A stretch of 33,209 nt of DNA from Candidatus Nanoarchaeia archaeon (lineage in GTDB: Archaea; Nanobdellota; Nanobdellia; Woesearchaeales; GW2011-AR9), in NCBI GenBank assembly GCA_035289345.1, contig DATDXK010000129.1:1-33209 (forward strand). The letters are read 5' to 3'. A model generated the notes under the pieces. It saw only the letters and a list, made by a program, of their open reading frames with translations, made no database searches and was not told the DNA's origin. How positions within the stretch are numbered: the stretch's first letter is position 1; each line of letters opens with the position of its first letter. Positions 7,818-14,871 of the stretch are shown here, one piece after another. The position numbers and the translations under genes were made by a program.

Positions 7818-8950
7818 TTTTTCCTTTGTTTGAAGTGGGCAGCCTGCCTAAATTGCCGGGAAGAAAGGCTAAATTAGCTGGCCGGGAACCAACCTCAGAA
7901 GATTTGAAACAATTACGTAAGGCTCTCCGCGGTGTAGATAATAATCCTGAATTGACAGCGATTGTGGAAGAATTTCTCAGAACTAAGGCTAAAGCGGAAA
8001 TTGTGGCGGCTAATTCTCGGTTTAATACCAGATTGCTGGAATATTTAGGCCTTAATGAAGTCTATGATGGCGAAGCACAGCGAAAAGAGATGTATGAATC
8101 AGTTGCTGAAAAAGTCGTCGGGATGAAAAAGTTAGGGCGGCAGGTATCGTTTGTCAACAAGGATGGGTTTCCCAATATATTTACCGTATATTCCTACCAA
8201 CAGGCTTTATCCTTGCCAGAACCGTTGCATCTGGCTGAAACTGAATCCATTATACAGAATGCTTTACGGCCGGTTAAGGTTCCCGTAACTGGAGCCTACA
8301 CGCTGGGCACATGGTCTGATCTAGGAAAGCTGCCGGCAGAATTAATGAAACTGGGAGCAGCACATTCCGAAGCCAGGAAAGCAGTAATGGAACAATTAGT
8401 GCTGGAATTTGCCGACATAGTTATTAATCCAACCTTGAAAGCCTTGTCAGGATTGGGAGTGGCCAGGATTCAGATAGATGAGCCTAATGCCAGCGCGTTT
8501 TACGGGCAGGAGGAATTGTTTTATGAAGCAACACGACGATCAATTGCCCATGTTACCGGTCCAGAGCTGGGCTTGCACATTTGTTTCAGCAATGATTACC
8601 GACAGATTGCTGAAATTGCAGCTGTTTCTGAACTAAAATTCCTTAGTTTGGAGATTGCTAACCGCGATACCGCTGACCATCGAGCGTATCAGGAGATAAT
8701 CTCTGCTTTTGAACAAGCTGGGTTTAAGGGAACATATGCAGTAGGCGTAACTGATGTCCACGTTGACAATTTAGAATCGCCGGAACTGATAGCTGAAAGA
8801 TTATTATTTGCAGCAGACCTTGTTGGTGCAGACCGAATTGAAGCCGCCCATGACTGCGGGCTAAGGTCGCGGTCATTAGTGGTAGCTATTGAGAAAACTA
8901 AGCATTTGGCCCAAGGCACGGAGATTGCCAGGCAAGAATATAGTAGTTAA
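7814..8950 (+). CDS. metE: Cobalamin-independent methionine synthase, catalytic (C-terminal-barrel) type
   Basis: MIFPLFEVGSLPK..., IQIDEP, LHICFSN (His-x-Cys), HDCGL (Cys) zinc-ligand pattern; start chosen at the ATGA overlap rather than 7700. Confidence 0.72.
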   Translation: MIFPLFEVGSLPKLPGRKAKLAGREPTSEDLKQLRKALRGVDNNPELTAIVEEFLRTKAKAEIVAANSRFNTRLLEYLGLNEVYDGEAQRKEMYESVAEKVVGMKKLGRQVSFVNKDGFPNIFTVYSYQQALSLPEPLHLAETESIIQNALRPVKVPVTGAYTLGTWSDLGKLPAELMKLGAAHSEARKAVMEQLVLEFADIVINPTLKALSGLGVARIQIDEPNASAFYGQEELFYEATRRSIAHVTGPELGLHICFSNDYRQIAEIAAVSELKFLSLEIANRDTADHRAYQEIISAFEQAGFKGTYAVGVTDVHVDNLESPELIAERLLFAADLVGADRIEAAHDCGLRSRSLVVAIEKTKHLAQGTEIARQEYSS

Positions 8951-8993
8951 CTGAGAAGAAGGAAATGTCGCAAGTTGCTGTGTCGCATATTTA

Positions 8994-9126
8994 TGCAAAA
9001 AATTTCGCTGGGTGTAAAACCCCGCCCTTTAGGGCGAAATTTTTGCATGCTAAAAATGCGTGAAACCGCCTCTTTTGAAACCTCGTCATTTATGGCGAGG
9101 TGAGGCGGTTTCACGCATTTTTATCA
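8994..9126 (+). mobile_element. 139-nt double-hairpin element, copy 1 (133 nt, lacks agttga)
   Basis: Near-identical to 10171-10309, 13244-13382, 17206-17355, 22575-22713; preceded by TTA, ends tttttatca. Confidence 0.8.
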
Positions 9127-9519
9127 TTTCTTATTTTTCTCAATCTCCCGCAGCCACATCAATCCAATCCTAATCATGGCTTTGTTAAACTTGTCAGAAA
9201 CCCGGTAGGTTTTTTTATACAGGTCATAATCAATTAACCCCATGCCGCGCATTGGCGTTAAAATTCGGTCATAAAATTGCCGCTTGTTATAGGAAATTCT
9301 CTCTTCCACTTCCATCGGTGATTTGCCGCGCTCTTTAGTGACCGCTTCGCCGTCATGCATCCTGGTAGCAAACAGGCTCATTTCAGTCTTGCCAATCTCA
9401 CCGCCATTTTCCCACAAGTATGAAATCAGCAGCTTAGCTACAATCTGTTGTTGTTCAGTAGCAAAAATAACGGCATAGATATCTTCTGGTAAATTAAACA
9501 GATCAAATAGAATTACCAT
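9124..9519 (-). CDS. Hypothetical protein
   Basis: 131-aa ORF; its stop codon (tca on + strand, 9124-9126) is the last 3 nt of element copy 1. Confidence 0.45.
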   Translation of the reverse strand: MVILFDLFNLPEDIYAVIFATEQQQIVAKLLISYLWENGGEIGKTEMSLFATRMHDGEAVTKERGKSPMEVEERISYNKRQFYDRILTPMRGMGLIDYDLYKKTYRVSDKFNKAMIRIGLMWLREIEKNKK

Positions 9520-9603
9520 GACCCATAAAATAGCAAGTCAATATATAAATATTACGCTAATGTATACTGAAGTAACTAGGTTTAGTGTTATTTGGAAGAA
9601 AGT

Positions 9604-9611
9604 TTTATATA
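9604..9611 (+). promoter_or_regulatory. TATA box of the S17e gene
   Basis: tttatata 24 nt upstream of ATG 9635. Confidence 0.5.
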
Positions 9612-9634
9612 TAATCTTCTTGAACAAAGCTCCC

Positions 9635-9823
9635 ATGGGAAGAATTAAGACCACTTTTATCAAGCGGAAAACCAGAATTTTGTGGAGCAAGCATGGTGAC
9701 AAGTTTACCACTGATTTCACCCAAAATAAAGGGCTTACTGCCCAGTACGCCAAAATAGTCAGCAAGAAGATGAAAAATACCATTGCTGGCTACATGACCA
9801 GACTGAAGAAGAGAGGGGAATAA
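9635..9823 (+). CDS. rps17e: 30S ribosomal protein S17e
   Basis: MGRIKTTFIKRKTRIL...YAKIVSKKMKNTIAGYMTRLKK, 62 aa; the tracked ORF from 9518 is an upstream extension containing the TATA box. Confidence 0.85.
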   Translation: MGRIKTTFIKRKTRILWSKHGDKFTTDFTQNKGLTAQYAKIVSKKMKNTIAGYMTRLKKRGE

Positions 9824-9840
9824 GCACATTTTTTTCTGTT

Positions 9841-9869
9841 CTATAGCTAGTGTGATAAATTATCGAACT
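9841..9869 (+). repeat. 29-nt intergenic repeat, copy b
   Basis: ctatagctagtgtgataaattatcgaact; ctatagc recurs directly at 9867-9873. Confidence 0.65.
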
Positions 9870-9917
9870 ATAGCAACTGACATTAAGATTTAAACAATAA
9901 TTGGCAGCTGCTATACA

Positions 9918-9943
9918 AGAAAACAAACAACGATTTGTTTTCT
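9918..9943. repeat. 10-bp hairpin with CAACGA loop
   Basis: agaaaacaaa-caacga-tttgttttct. Confidence 0.7.
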
Positions 9944-10056
9944 GCACAAAAATAAAGTCTTTGCTTTATTAGAAATGGTGTCGGTCTAAAACCACGGACG
10001 AAGTCCGTAAATTAATTCGCCACCATTCACAAAAAATACCACAGTATTTTTGTGCA
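9943..10056. repeat. 114-bp nested palindrome (module M3)
   Basis: Outer tgcacaaaaata/tatttttgtgca, second stem aatggtg/caccatt, core aaaacc + acggac-gaa-gtccgt. Confidence 0.7.
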
Positions 10057-10057
10057 C

Positions 10058-10079
10058 AGAAAGAGTCGTTGCTCTTTCT
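10058..10079. repeat. 8-bp hairpin with TCGTTG loop (CAACGA family, inverted)
   Basis: agaaagag-tcgttg-ctctttct. Confidence 0.7.
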
Positions 10080-10090
10080 TGTGTCTAGTT

Positions 10091-10167
10091 CGAAAATCTG
10101 TTCAAAGATGATGGGCGGAAAAACCATGGACGAAGTCCGTGGTTAGCTCCGAATGAACAGATTTTCG
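10091..10167. repeat. 77-bp nested palindrome (module M4)
   Basis: Outer 14-bp cgaaaatctgttca/tgaacagattttcg; core aaaaacc + aaccatggac-gaa-gtccgtggtt (10 bp with one G-T pair). Confidence 0.7.
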
Positions 10168-10170
10168 TTA

Positions 10171-10309
10171 TGCAAAAAATTTCGCTGGGTGTAAAACCCC
10201 GCCCTTTAGGGCGAAATTTTTGCATGCTAAAAATGCGTAGTTGAGAAACCGCCTCTTTTTAAACCTCGTCATTTATGGCGAGGTGAGGCGGTTTCACGCA
10301 TTTTTATTA
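10171..10309 (+). mobile_element. 139-nt double-hairpin element, copy 2
   Basis: 2 substitutions versus consensus; preceded by TTA (10168-10170), which abuts module M4. Confidence 0.8.
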
Positions 10310-10667
10310 TTTTTTGTATCTAAAAGACATAACGATTTGTAGAATTATTTATGTTTTTACTATAACAATGACCGCTTGCTATATAGTAATGGTAATAAAA
10401 CGCCCAATCGCCGCAGAGCTGCGGGGTATCTCGTTAAAACTTGTGGAGAGTTAGCTGGTTCGTATCTTGACCTTGGTAAGTAACATATTAATTCCCAGCT
10501 CTGTTCCGCTTCGCACCACTCCACGAGTGGAATTTTTCGAGGGAAAAAGCTTTGTAAAGTTGCGATGTTAGGCGAAATTTGAAAACCTGCCTTTCTCTAT
10601 TGCTGTTCAGCTTTAAAACAATTAATTAACACAAACCATTAAAAACAAAAACATCTTTTTCTAAGCC

Positions 10668-11120
10668 ATGGTCAGATCTATGGGAGGGAAACATCCTCAA
10701 TATTATGAGGCAGTTCTACAGCTGCGCGAAGTTTCCGAAGAGGCGATTTCTTTCGTCAAGAAACAGATTAAGCTGGAAAAAATATACGTCGCTAAAGTAA
10801 AAAAGATGCCGGGCGGCTATGATTTCTATCTGGCAGACAAGAATTTTACTATTGTCTTGGGAAAACAACTGCAGCGGGCCTTTAAGGGTCAAGTGTTAAT
10901 CACTACCAGTTTGATTGGCAGAAAAAAAGATAAAAACATCCATCGTTTTACGGTTTTATTCCGGGGCATAAGATTTTCCACTGGAGGCGTGGTTGAATAC
11001 AAGGGAGAAGGCTATCGTGTCAAGGGCGTGGCTAAAAAAATCTTATTGCAGAATGAACAGAGCGGAAGAAAGCTAAGCCTCAACTGGAAAGACAGCCAAG
11101 AAATCAAATTGAAGGAATAG
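10668..11120 (+). CDS. NMD3-related protein (short, without Zn-finger N-terminus), tentative
   Basis: 150 aa; HPQYYEAVLQLR...GYDFYL...RFTVLFR resembles the archaeal COG1499/NMD3 core; recognition by eye only. Confidence 0.4.
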   Translation: MVRSMGGKHPQYYEAVLQLREVSEEAISFVKKQIKLEKIYVAKVKKMPGGYDFYLADKNFTIVLGKQLQRAFKGQVLITTSLIGRKKDKNIHRFTVLFRGIRFSTGGVVEYKGEGYRVKGVAKKILLQNEQSGRKLSLNWKDSQEIKLKE

Positions 11121-11210
11121 AAGTAAAAAGTAAATTTTTGATTTCAATGATCCTATCCATAAGGTAGTTGTCTTTACGGCAGGGCTTTTCCACTAAGCCA
11201 AAAACATAAC

Positions 11211-11373
11211 AGCTCTGTAGAAAGTCTCGCTATGCTCGGTGGCCATCGGGCTCAGCATTAGCTTCTTAAGACTGATAACCGGCCATCCCCGTAAGGGACA
11301 TCCCCCTAGCCGGTGTAATTTTGCACCAGAAGATGCTTCGCAAATTGATGGCCACTGCACTTTCTACAGAGCC
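11211..11373 (+). mobile_element. 163-bp MITE, copy B
   Basis: Same TIRs as copy A (first base a instead of g); 9-bp TSD aaacataac at 11202-11210 and 11374-11382. Confidence 0.85.
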
Positions 11374-11388
11374 AAACATAACACAATC

Positions 11389-11396
11389 TTTATAAT
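11389..11396 (+). promoter_or_regulatory. TATA box of the Lon-domain protease gene
   Basis: tttataat 25 nt upstream of ATG 11421; embedded in acaatctttata shared with the srp54 promoter. Confidence 0.5.
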
Positions 11397-11420
11397 ATAT
11401 CGGTGCTTGATTAAAGTTAA

Positions 11421-13232
11421 ATGAGGAATATTCTGCAGAGTACAACCTGGCTTGTACTGTTATTTATTTTATTCCTAACCATACCAGTAGAGGCAGCTGT
11501 CGATGATGTTTATCACTTAAAGCTGCTAGCGGTACAGGAAGTTGGAGACCATCTGGAGGGAAGCAATGCCGAATTATTTCTGGAATTGAAAGAAGGGTCA
11601 GGGCGGGTATTTCTGGAGACTCTACCATTGACTAAAATTGACACCCAAATTTCTACGCGGTTTGCCAAAGATATCGCTTGCAAGCATTTCAAGCTTAACT
11701 GCCAAAAATATGATTATATTTTTACCATTAAAGCTGATTCAAATATCATTGGCGGGCCTTCAGCTGGCGCGGCCATCGCTGCACTGACTACTATTGCCAC
11801 TCTGGATTTGGAATACGACCAGCAGATTGCTATTACTGGGACCATCAATTCAGGGGGGATTATTGGGCCGATAGGGGGGGTGAAGCAGAAAATTGAAGCA
11901 GCCAAGGAAAGCGGCTTAAAGAAAGTGCTGATTGCTCAGAATAACGGCTATCAGGGAGAAGACCAAGTTAATCTGGTTGATTACGCCCGGGAAAACTTAA
12001 GCCTGGATGTAGCGGAAGTCAATGATTTGGATGAAGTCATGTTGCAGCTAACCGGGTTAAGCCTAAACCACCAGAACTTCACCTTAATTGAAGATAGCAG
12101 CTATACTAAAATCATGAATAGCCTGCAGCAGGCCCTCTGCCAGCGCTCAGAGAAGATTGAAGCAGAGATCTTGGATAATAGATTTACTCTGGACAACCAG
12201 ACTCGACAGGAGATTATCCAGAAAAAAGGCCGGGCCGACAATGCTACGCTGGAAAAAGATTACTATTCTGCAGCCAGTTTTTGCTTCGGCCTGAACATTC
12301 AGCTGACCACTAACCTGTTGGAAGAGCAAAAACTAACTAAAGGCCGAATTACCCAGGAATTAACGAACTTGGAAAGAAAAGTTAAAGTCGTAGAAACACG
12401 TTTAAATCAAGAAGTCATTGAAACTATCACTGACTTGCAGACGCTGATGGTCGTGAAAGAGCGGTTGAATGATGTAATGGAGCAGATTGAAAAAGCCAGG
12501 ACTGGTCATAAAGATCTGGATGAATTATACCCTCTGCTGTCTTATGCCGAGGAAAGGCTATTTTCAGCAATTTCCTGGATGCAGTTTTTCAAGATGGAAG
12601 GAAAAAAATTTATACTGGATAAGGAGCGGCTGCGGGAATCCTGCCTGCAGAAAATCACCGAAAGTGAAGAGCGAAACCAGTATGCCACTTTGTTTGTGGC
12701 ACAGCATAATGTCAATGATAAAATTACTCTAGCCAAGGAAGCGCTGGAAAACGAGGAGTTTGCCTTATGCCTGATCACCGCTTCTCAGGCTAAAGCCCAA
12801 TCCAATGCCGTATTAAGCTCCTTAGGGCTGACTGAAGAAACGGCAACAGATTTTATTGAAAGCAAAAGAAAAGTTACCGAGCGGATAATTGCAGAAAATA
12901 CCGCGGAGGGGATGTTCCCGATATTGGGGTATTCTTACTACCAATACGCTAAAACTCTACAAGAAAGTGATAAAATTTCTGCGTTATTATATCTGGAATA
13001 TGCCTTGGAGATGAGCGAGATCAGCATTTATTTCCCGGAAGAGAAATCATTCCTGCAGAATTTGTCTGCCCTTTCCTTGGATGAAAAATGGCTTTATCTT
13101 CTAGCCGGATTTATTGCTGGAATTATCACCGCGCTCTATTTAGCAATTAGAAGCAAGCCCCGGCCCAGGAAAAAGAAAAAAGTAGTGGAAGCTTCATCCA
13201 ATAACTGGCCCAGGTTAATTAACAAACGATAA
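11421..13232 (+). CDS. Membrane-anchored Lon-type (S16) serine protease domain protein without AAA+ module (COG1750-like)
   Basis: 603 aa; signal/anchor TWLVLLFILFLTIPVEA; IIGGPSAGAAIAALT (Ser) and GGVKQKIEAAKESG (Lys); long helical region; C-terminal TM WLYLLAGFIAGIITALYLAI + RPRKKKK. Confidence 0.7.
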   Translation: MRNILQSTTWLVLLFILFLTIPVEAAVDDVYHLKLLAVQEVGDHLEGSNAELFLELKEGSGRVFLETLPLTKIDTQISTRFAKDIACKHFKLNCQKYDYIFTIKADSNIIGGPSAGAAIAALTTIATLDLEYDQQIAITGTINSGGIIGPIGGVKQKIEAAKESGLKKVLIAQNNGYQGEDQVNLVDYARENLSLDVAEVNDLDEVMLQLTGLSLNHQNFTLIEDSSYTKIMNSLQQALCQRSEKIEAEILDNRFTLDNQTRQEIIQKKGRADNATLEKDYYSAASFCFGLNIQLTTNLLEEQKLTKGRITQELTNLERKVKVVETRLNQEVIETITDLQTLMVVKERLNDVMEQIEKARTGHKDLDELYPLLSYAEERLFSAISWMQFFKMEGKKFILDKERLRESCLQKITESEERNQYATLFVAQHNVNDKITLAKEALENEEFALCLITASQAKAQSNAVLSSLGLTEETATDFIESKRKVTERIIAENTAEGMFPILGYSYYQYAKTLQESDKISALLYLEYALEMSEISIYFPEEKSFLQNLSALSLDEKWLYLLAGFIAGIITALYLAIRSKPRPRKKKKVVEASSNNWPRLINKR

Positions 13233-13243
13233 ATCCAGTTTTA

Positions 13244-13382
13244 TGCAAAAAATTTCGCTGGGTGTAAAACCCCGCCCTTTAGGGCGAAATTTTTGCATGC
13301 TAAAAATGCGTAGTTGAGAAACCGCCTCTTTTGAAACCTCGTCATTTATGGCAAGGTGAGGCGGTTTCACGCATTTTTAGCA
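13244..13382 (+). mobile_element. 139-nt double-hairpin element, copy 3
   Basis: Starts 11 nt after the protease stop; 2 substitutions versus consensus (ggcaagg, tagca). Confidence 0.8.
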
Positions 13383-13403
13383 TATTCGTCTGACCAAAGG
13401 GAA

Positions 13404-13452
13404 GACTTGATTTTTAGTGCAACGTTCGGCGAAAGCCGAAAAAATCAAAGTC
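13404..13452. repeat. Nested hairpin with GAAA tetraloop
   Basis: gacttgattttt...aaaaatcaaagtc enclosing ttcggc-gaaa-gccgaa (13425-13440). Confidence 0.55.
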
Positions 13453-13558
13453 GTCGTGTCTATAGTCTTTTATGGTGGTTTCCGCCGCTGTTTTTTGCTT
13501 CTTTTTAAAAAGAAGAGTGGGGGATTTCCGTTTAATTACCGAAAGCTTTAAATAAACT

Positions 13559-13578
13559 ATATGATAACTTTATCATAT
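13559..13578. promoter_or_regulatory. 9-2-9 inverted repeat overlapping the arsR-family start codon (candidate operator)
   Basis: atatgataa-ct-ttatcatat; lies between tttaaata (13547-13554) and ATG 13577. Confidence 0.5.
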
Positions 13579-13885
13579 GGATAACTTGCACAGGTTATTT
13601 TTCAAGGCATTTTCAAATAAGACAAGGTTGGAGATAATCCAAATACTGAGAAAGAAATCTCTCACAGTAACAGAAATATGCAATAAAACTGGATTTGAGC
13701 AGAGTAGAGTGTCTCATAATCTCAAATGCTTGGAAAACTGCGGTTTTGTAAAAGTTACACCGAATGGGAATTTTAGAAAATATGAATTAGATACTGAAAC
13801 AATTGTTCCTATTGTTGATTTGTTTGAGAAACACATTGGGAAATACAAAAAAAAACTTGAATGTTGCGAGGTAATCGGAAAATGA
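13577..13885 (+). CDS. ArsR/SmtB-family HTH transcriptional regulator
   Basis: FKAFSNKTRLEIIQILRKKSLTVTEICNKTGFEQSRVSHNLKCLENCGFV; C-terminal CC pair. Confidence 0.8.
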   Translation: MDNLHRLFFKAFSNKTRLEIIQILRKKSLTVTEICNKTGFEQSRVSHNLKCLENCGFVKVTPNGNFRKYELDTETIVPIVDLFEKHIGKYKKKLECCEVIGK

Positions 13886-14118
13886 CTAAAGTAAAGATAT
13901 ACTCTACTCCAACCTGTCAGTTTTGTAAGAGAGCTAAAGAATTTTTCAAAAAACACAATGTTGAATATGAAGATGTCAATGTTGCCGAAAATGAAAAATC
14001 AAGAGATGAAATGGTTGAAAAATCTGGACAAATGGGCGTTCCAGTAATTGAGATTGGAGATAAGATTATTGTCGGATTTGATGAACAAGAATTAAAGAAA
14101 GCTTTGAAGGTTGGTTGA
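13882..14118 (+). CDS. Glutaredoxin-like protein (NrdH/YruB-like)
   Basis: MTKVKIYSTPTCQFCKRAKEFF...GVPVIEIGDKIIVGFD; ATGA overlap with the arsR stop. Confidence 0.78.
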   Translation: MTKVKIYSTPTCQFCKRAKEFFKKHNVEYEDVNVAENEKSRDEMVEKSGQMGVPVIEIGDKIIVGFDEQELKKALKVG

Positions 14119-14121
14119 AAA

Positions 14122-14346
14122 ATGACTAAGTGTCGCGATACCAAAAATACAAAAGAAAAATTAATGGGAAATGTGACCTGTCCTAAATGTGGACATAAAC
14201 AGCCAATGGAAATACCTACATCTTCATGCCAAGCTTTCTACAAGTGTGAAGGATGTGGCAAGATAATGTCAGCAAAAAAAAGCTGTTGTGTTTTTTGTGA
14301 TTATGGTGACCGTAAATGCCCAGTAGCAGAGGAGCATCGAAAATGA
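14122..14346 (+). CDS. Small Cys-rich protein, GDCCVxC-type
   Basis: CPKCG...CEGCG...KKSCCVFCDYGDRKCP; 3 nt after the glutaredoxin stop. Confidence 0.55.
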   Translation: MTKCRDTKNTKEKLMGNVTCPKCGHKQPMEIPTSSCQAFYKCEGCGKIMSAKKSCCVFCDYGDRKCPVAEEHRK

Positions 14347-14396
14347 AGAAGGAAGATAAAAAACTATTATACGCAGGAGGAATTGGAGGGGAGTTC

Positions 14397-14871
14397 TTAC
14401 CGTAGTATCTTGTTGATGTTTTTGAAGAAGAATGAAGCATTGTTGAGTGATTCCTGAGCCGGTTCTTTGTTTGCTTGAGGAAGTTTTTGATAGGTAAATT
14501 CTCCTCTCTTTCGTTTTTCCATGGAGAAGATTCCTAAAAGAGCATCAGCACGGACAACCATTTTCTGATAGATTTTAAGCAGTTCCATATCCAATTTTCC
14601 CGTGCTTACCAAATATTTTTCAAATGCTTCCAATGTCTTCTTATGGACTTCCGGCGCTTCTGTTTTTATTTCATTTTTGATCAAAATTGCTTTTGCCGAA
14701 TAAAAGATGGAATAATAGGAATGACCAATCACCGGGCTGTAAAAAGTGAAGTCTTTCTCAAGTTTAAACTGTTCTTTTTGAAGTGTTGGATTATTGGAAA
14801 CCTCAAAGAGAACAGTTTAAACTTGAGAAAGACTTCACTTTTTAAAGGTAAAGTTCTGCTTCATCACTCAT
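14397..14871 (-). pseudogene. HEPN-domain gene (partner of MNT) split by a 103-bp hairpin insertion
   Basis: ATG 14871 overlaps the MNT stop (ATGAGTGA), reads MSDEAELYL then TAA at the hairpin edge; body continues from GTG 14732 (VIGHSYYSIFYSAKAILIKNE...HKKTLEAF); removing 103 nt restores the frame. Confidence 0.6.
14741..14843. mobile_element. 103-bp hairpin insertion (MITE-like), single copy in window
   Basis: 35-bp perfect arms 14741-14775 / 14809-14843, 6 of 8 further pairs, 17-nt loop. Confidence 0.6.

Noticed and set aside
9518-9634. Upstream extension of the S17e ORF, and antisense ORFs 9538-9947
   Set aside because: S17e proteins start MGR.... The TATA box at 9604-9611 is inside the extension. 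The antisense ORFs are low-complexity shadows in an AT-rich region.
10505-10540. Replication-origin ORB-like box (gcaccactccacgagtggaa; similar gcaccactcctagtgg at 570-586)
   Set aside because: There is only a partial resemblance to ORB/mini-ORB elements. There are two isolated copies 10 kb apart, no orc1/cdc6 gene and no flanked AT-rich unwinding element.
11239-11424. 61-aa ORF upstream of the Lon-like gene
   Set aside because: It lies almost entirely inside MITE copy B (TIRs and TSD define a non-coding element). The equivalent sequence in copy A is not an ORF of comparable length.
13861-13881. Seven-codon extension of the glutaredoxin ORF (MLRGNRK)
   Set aside because: It overlaps the arsR 3' end. 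ATG 13882 forms an ATGA overlap with the arsR stop and gives the usual MTKVKIY...C-x-x-C N-terminus.
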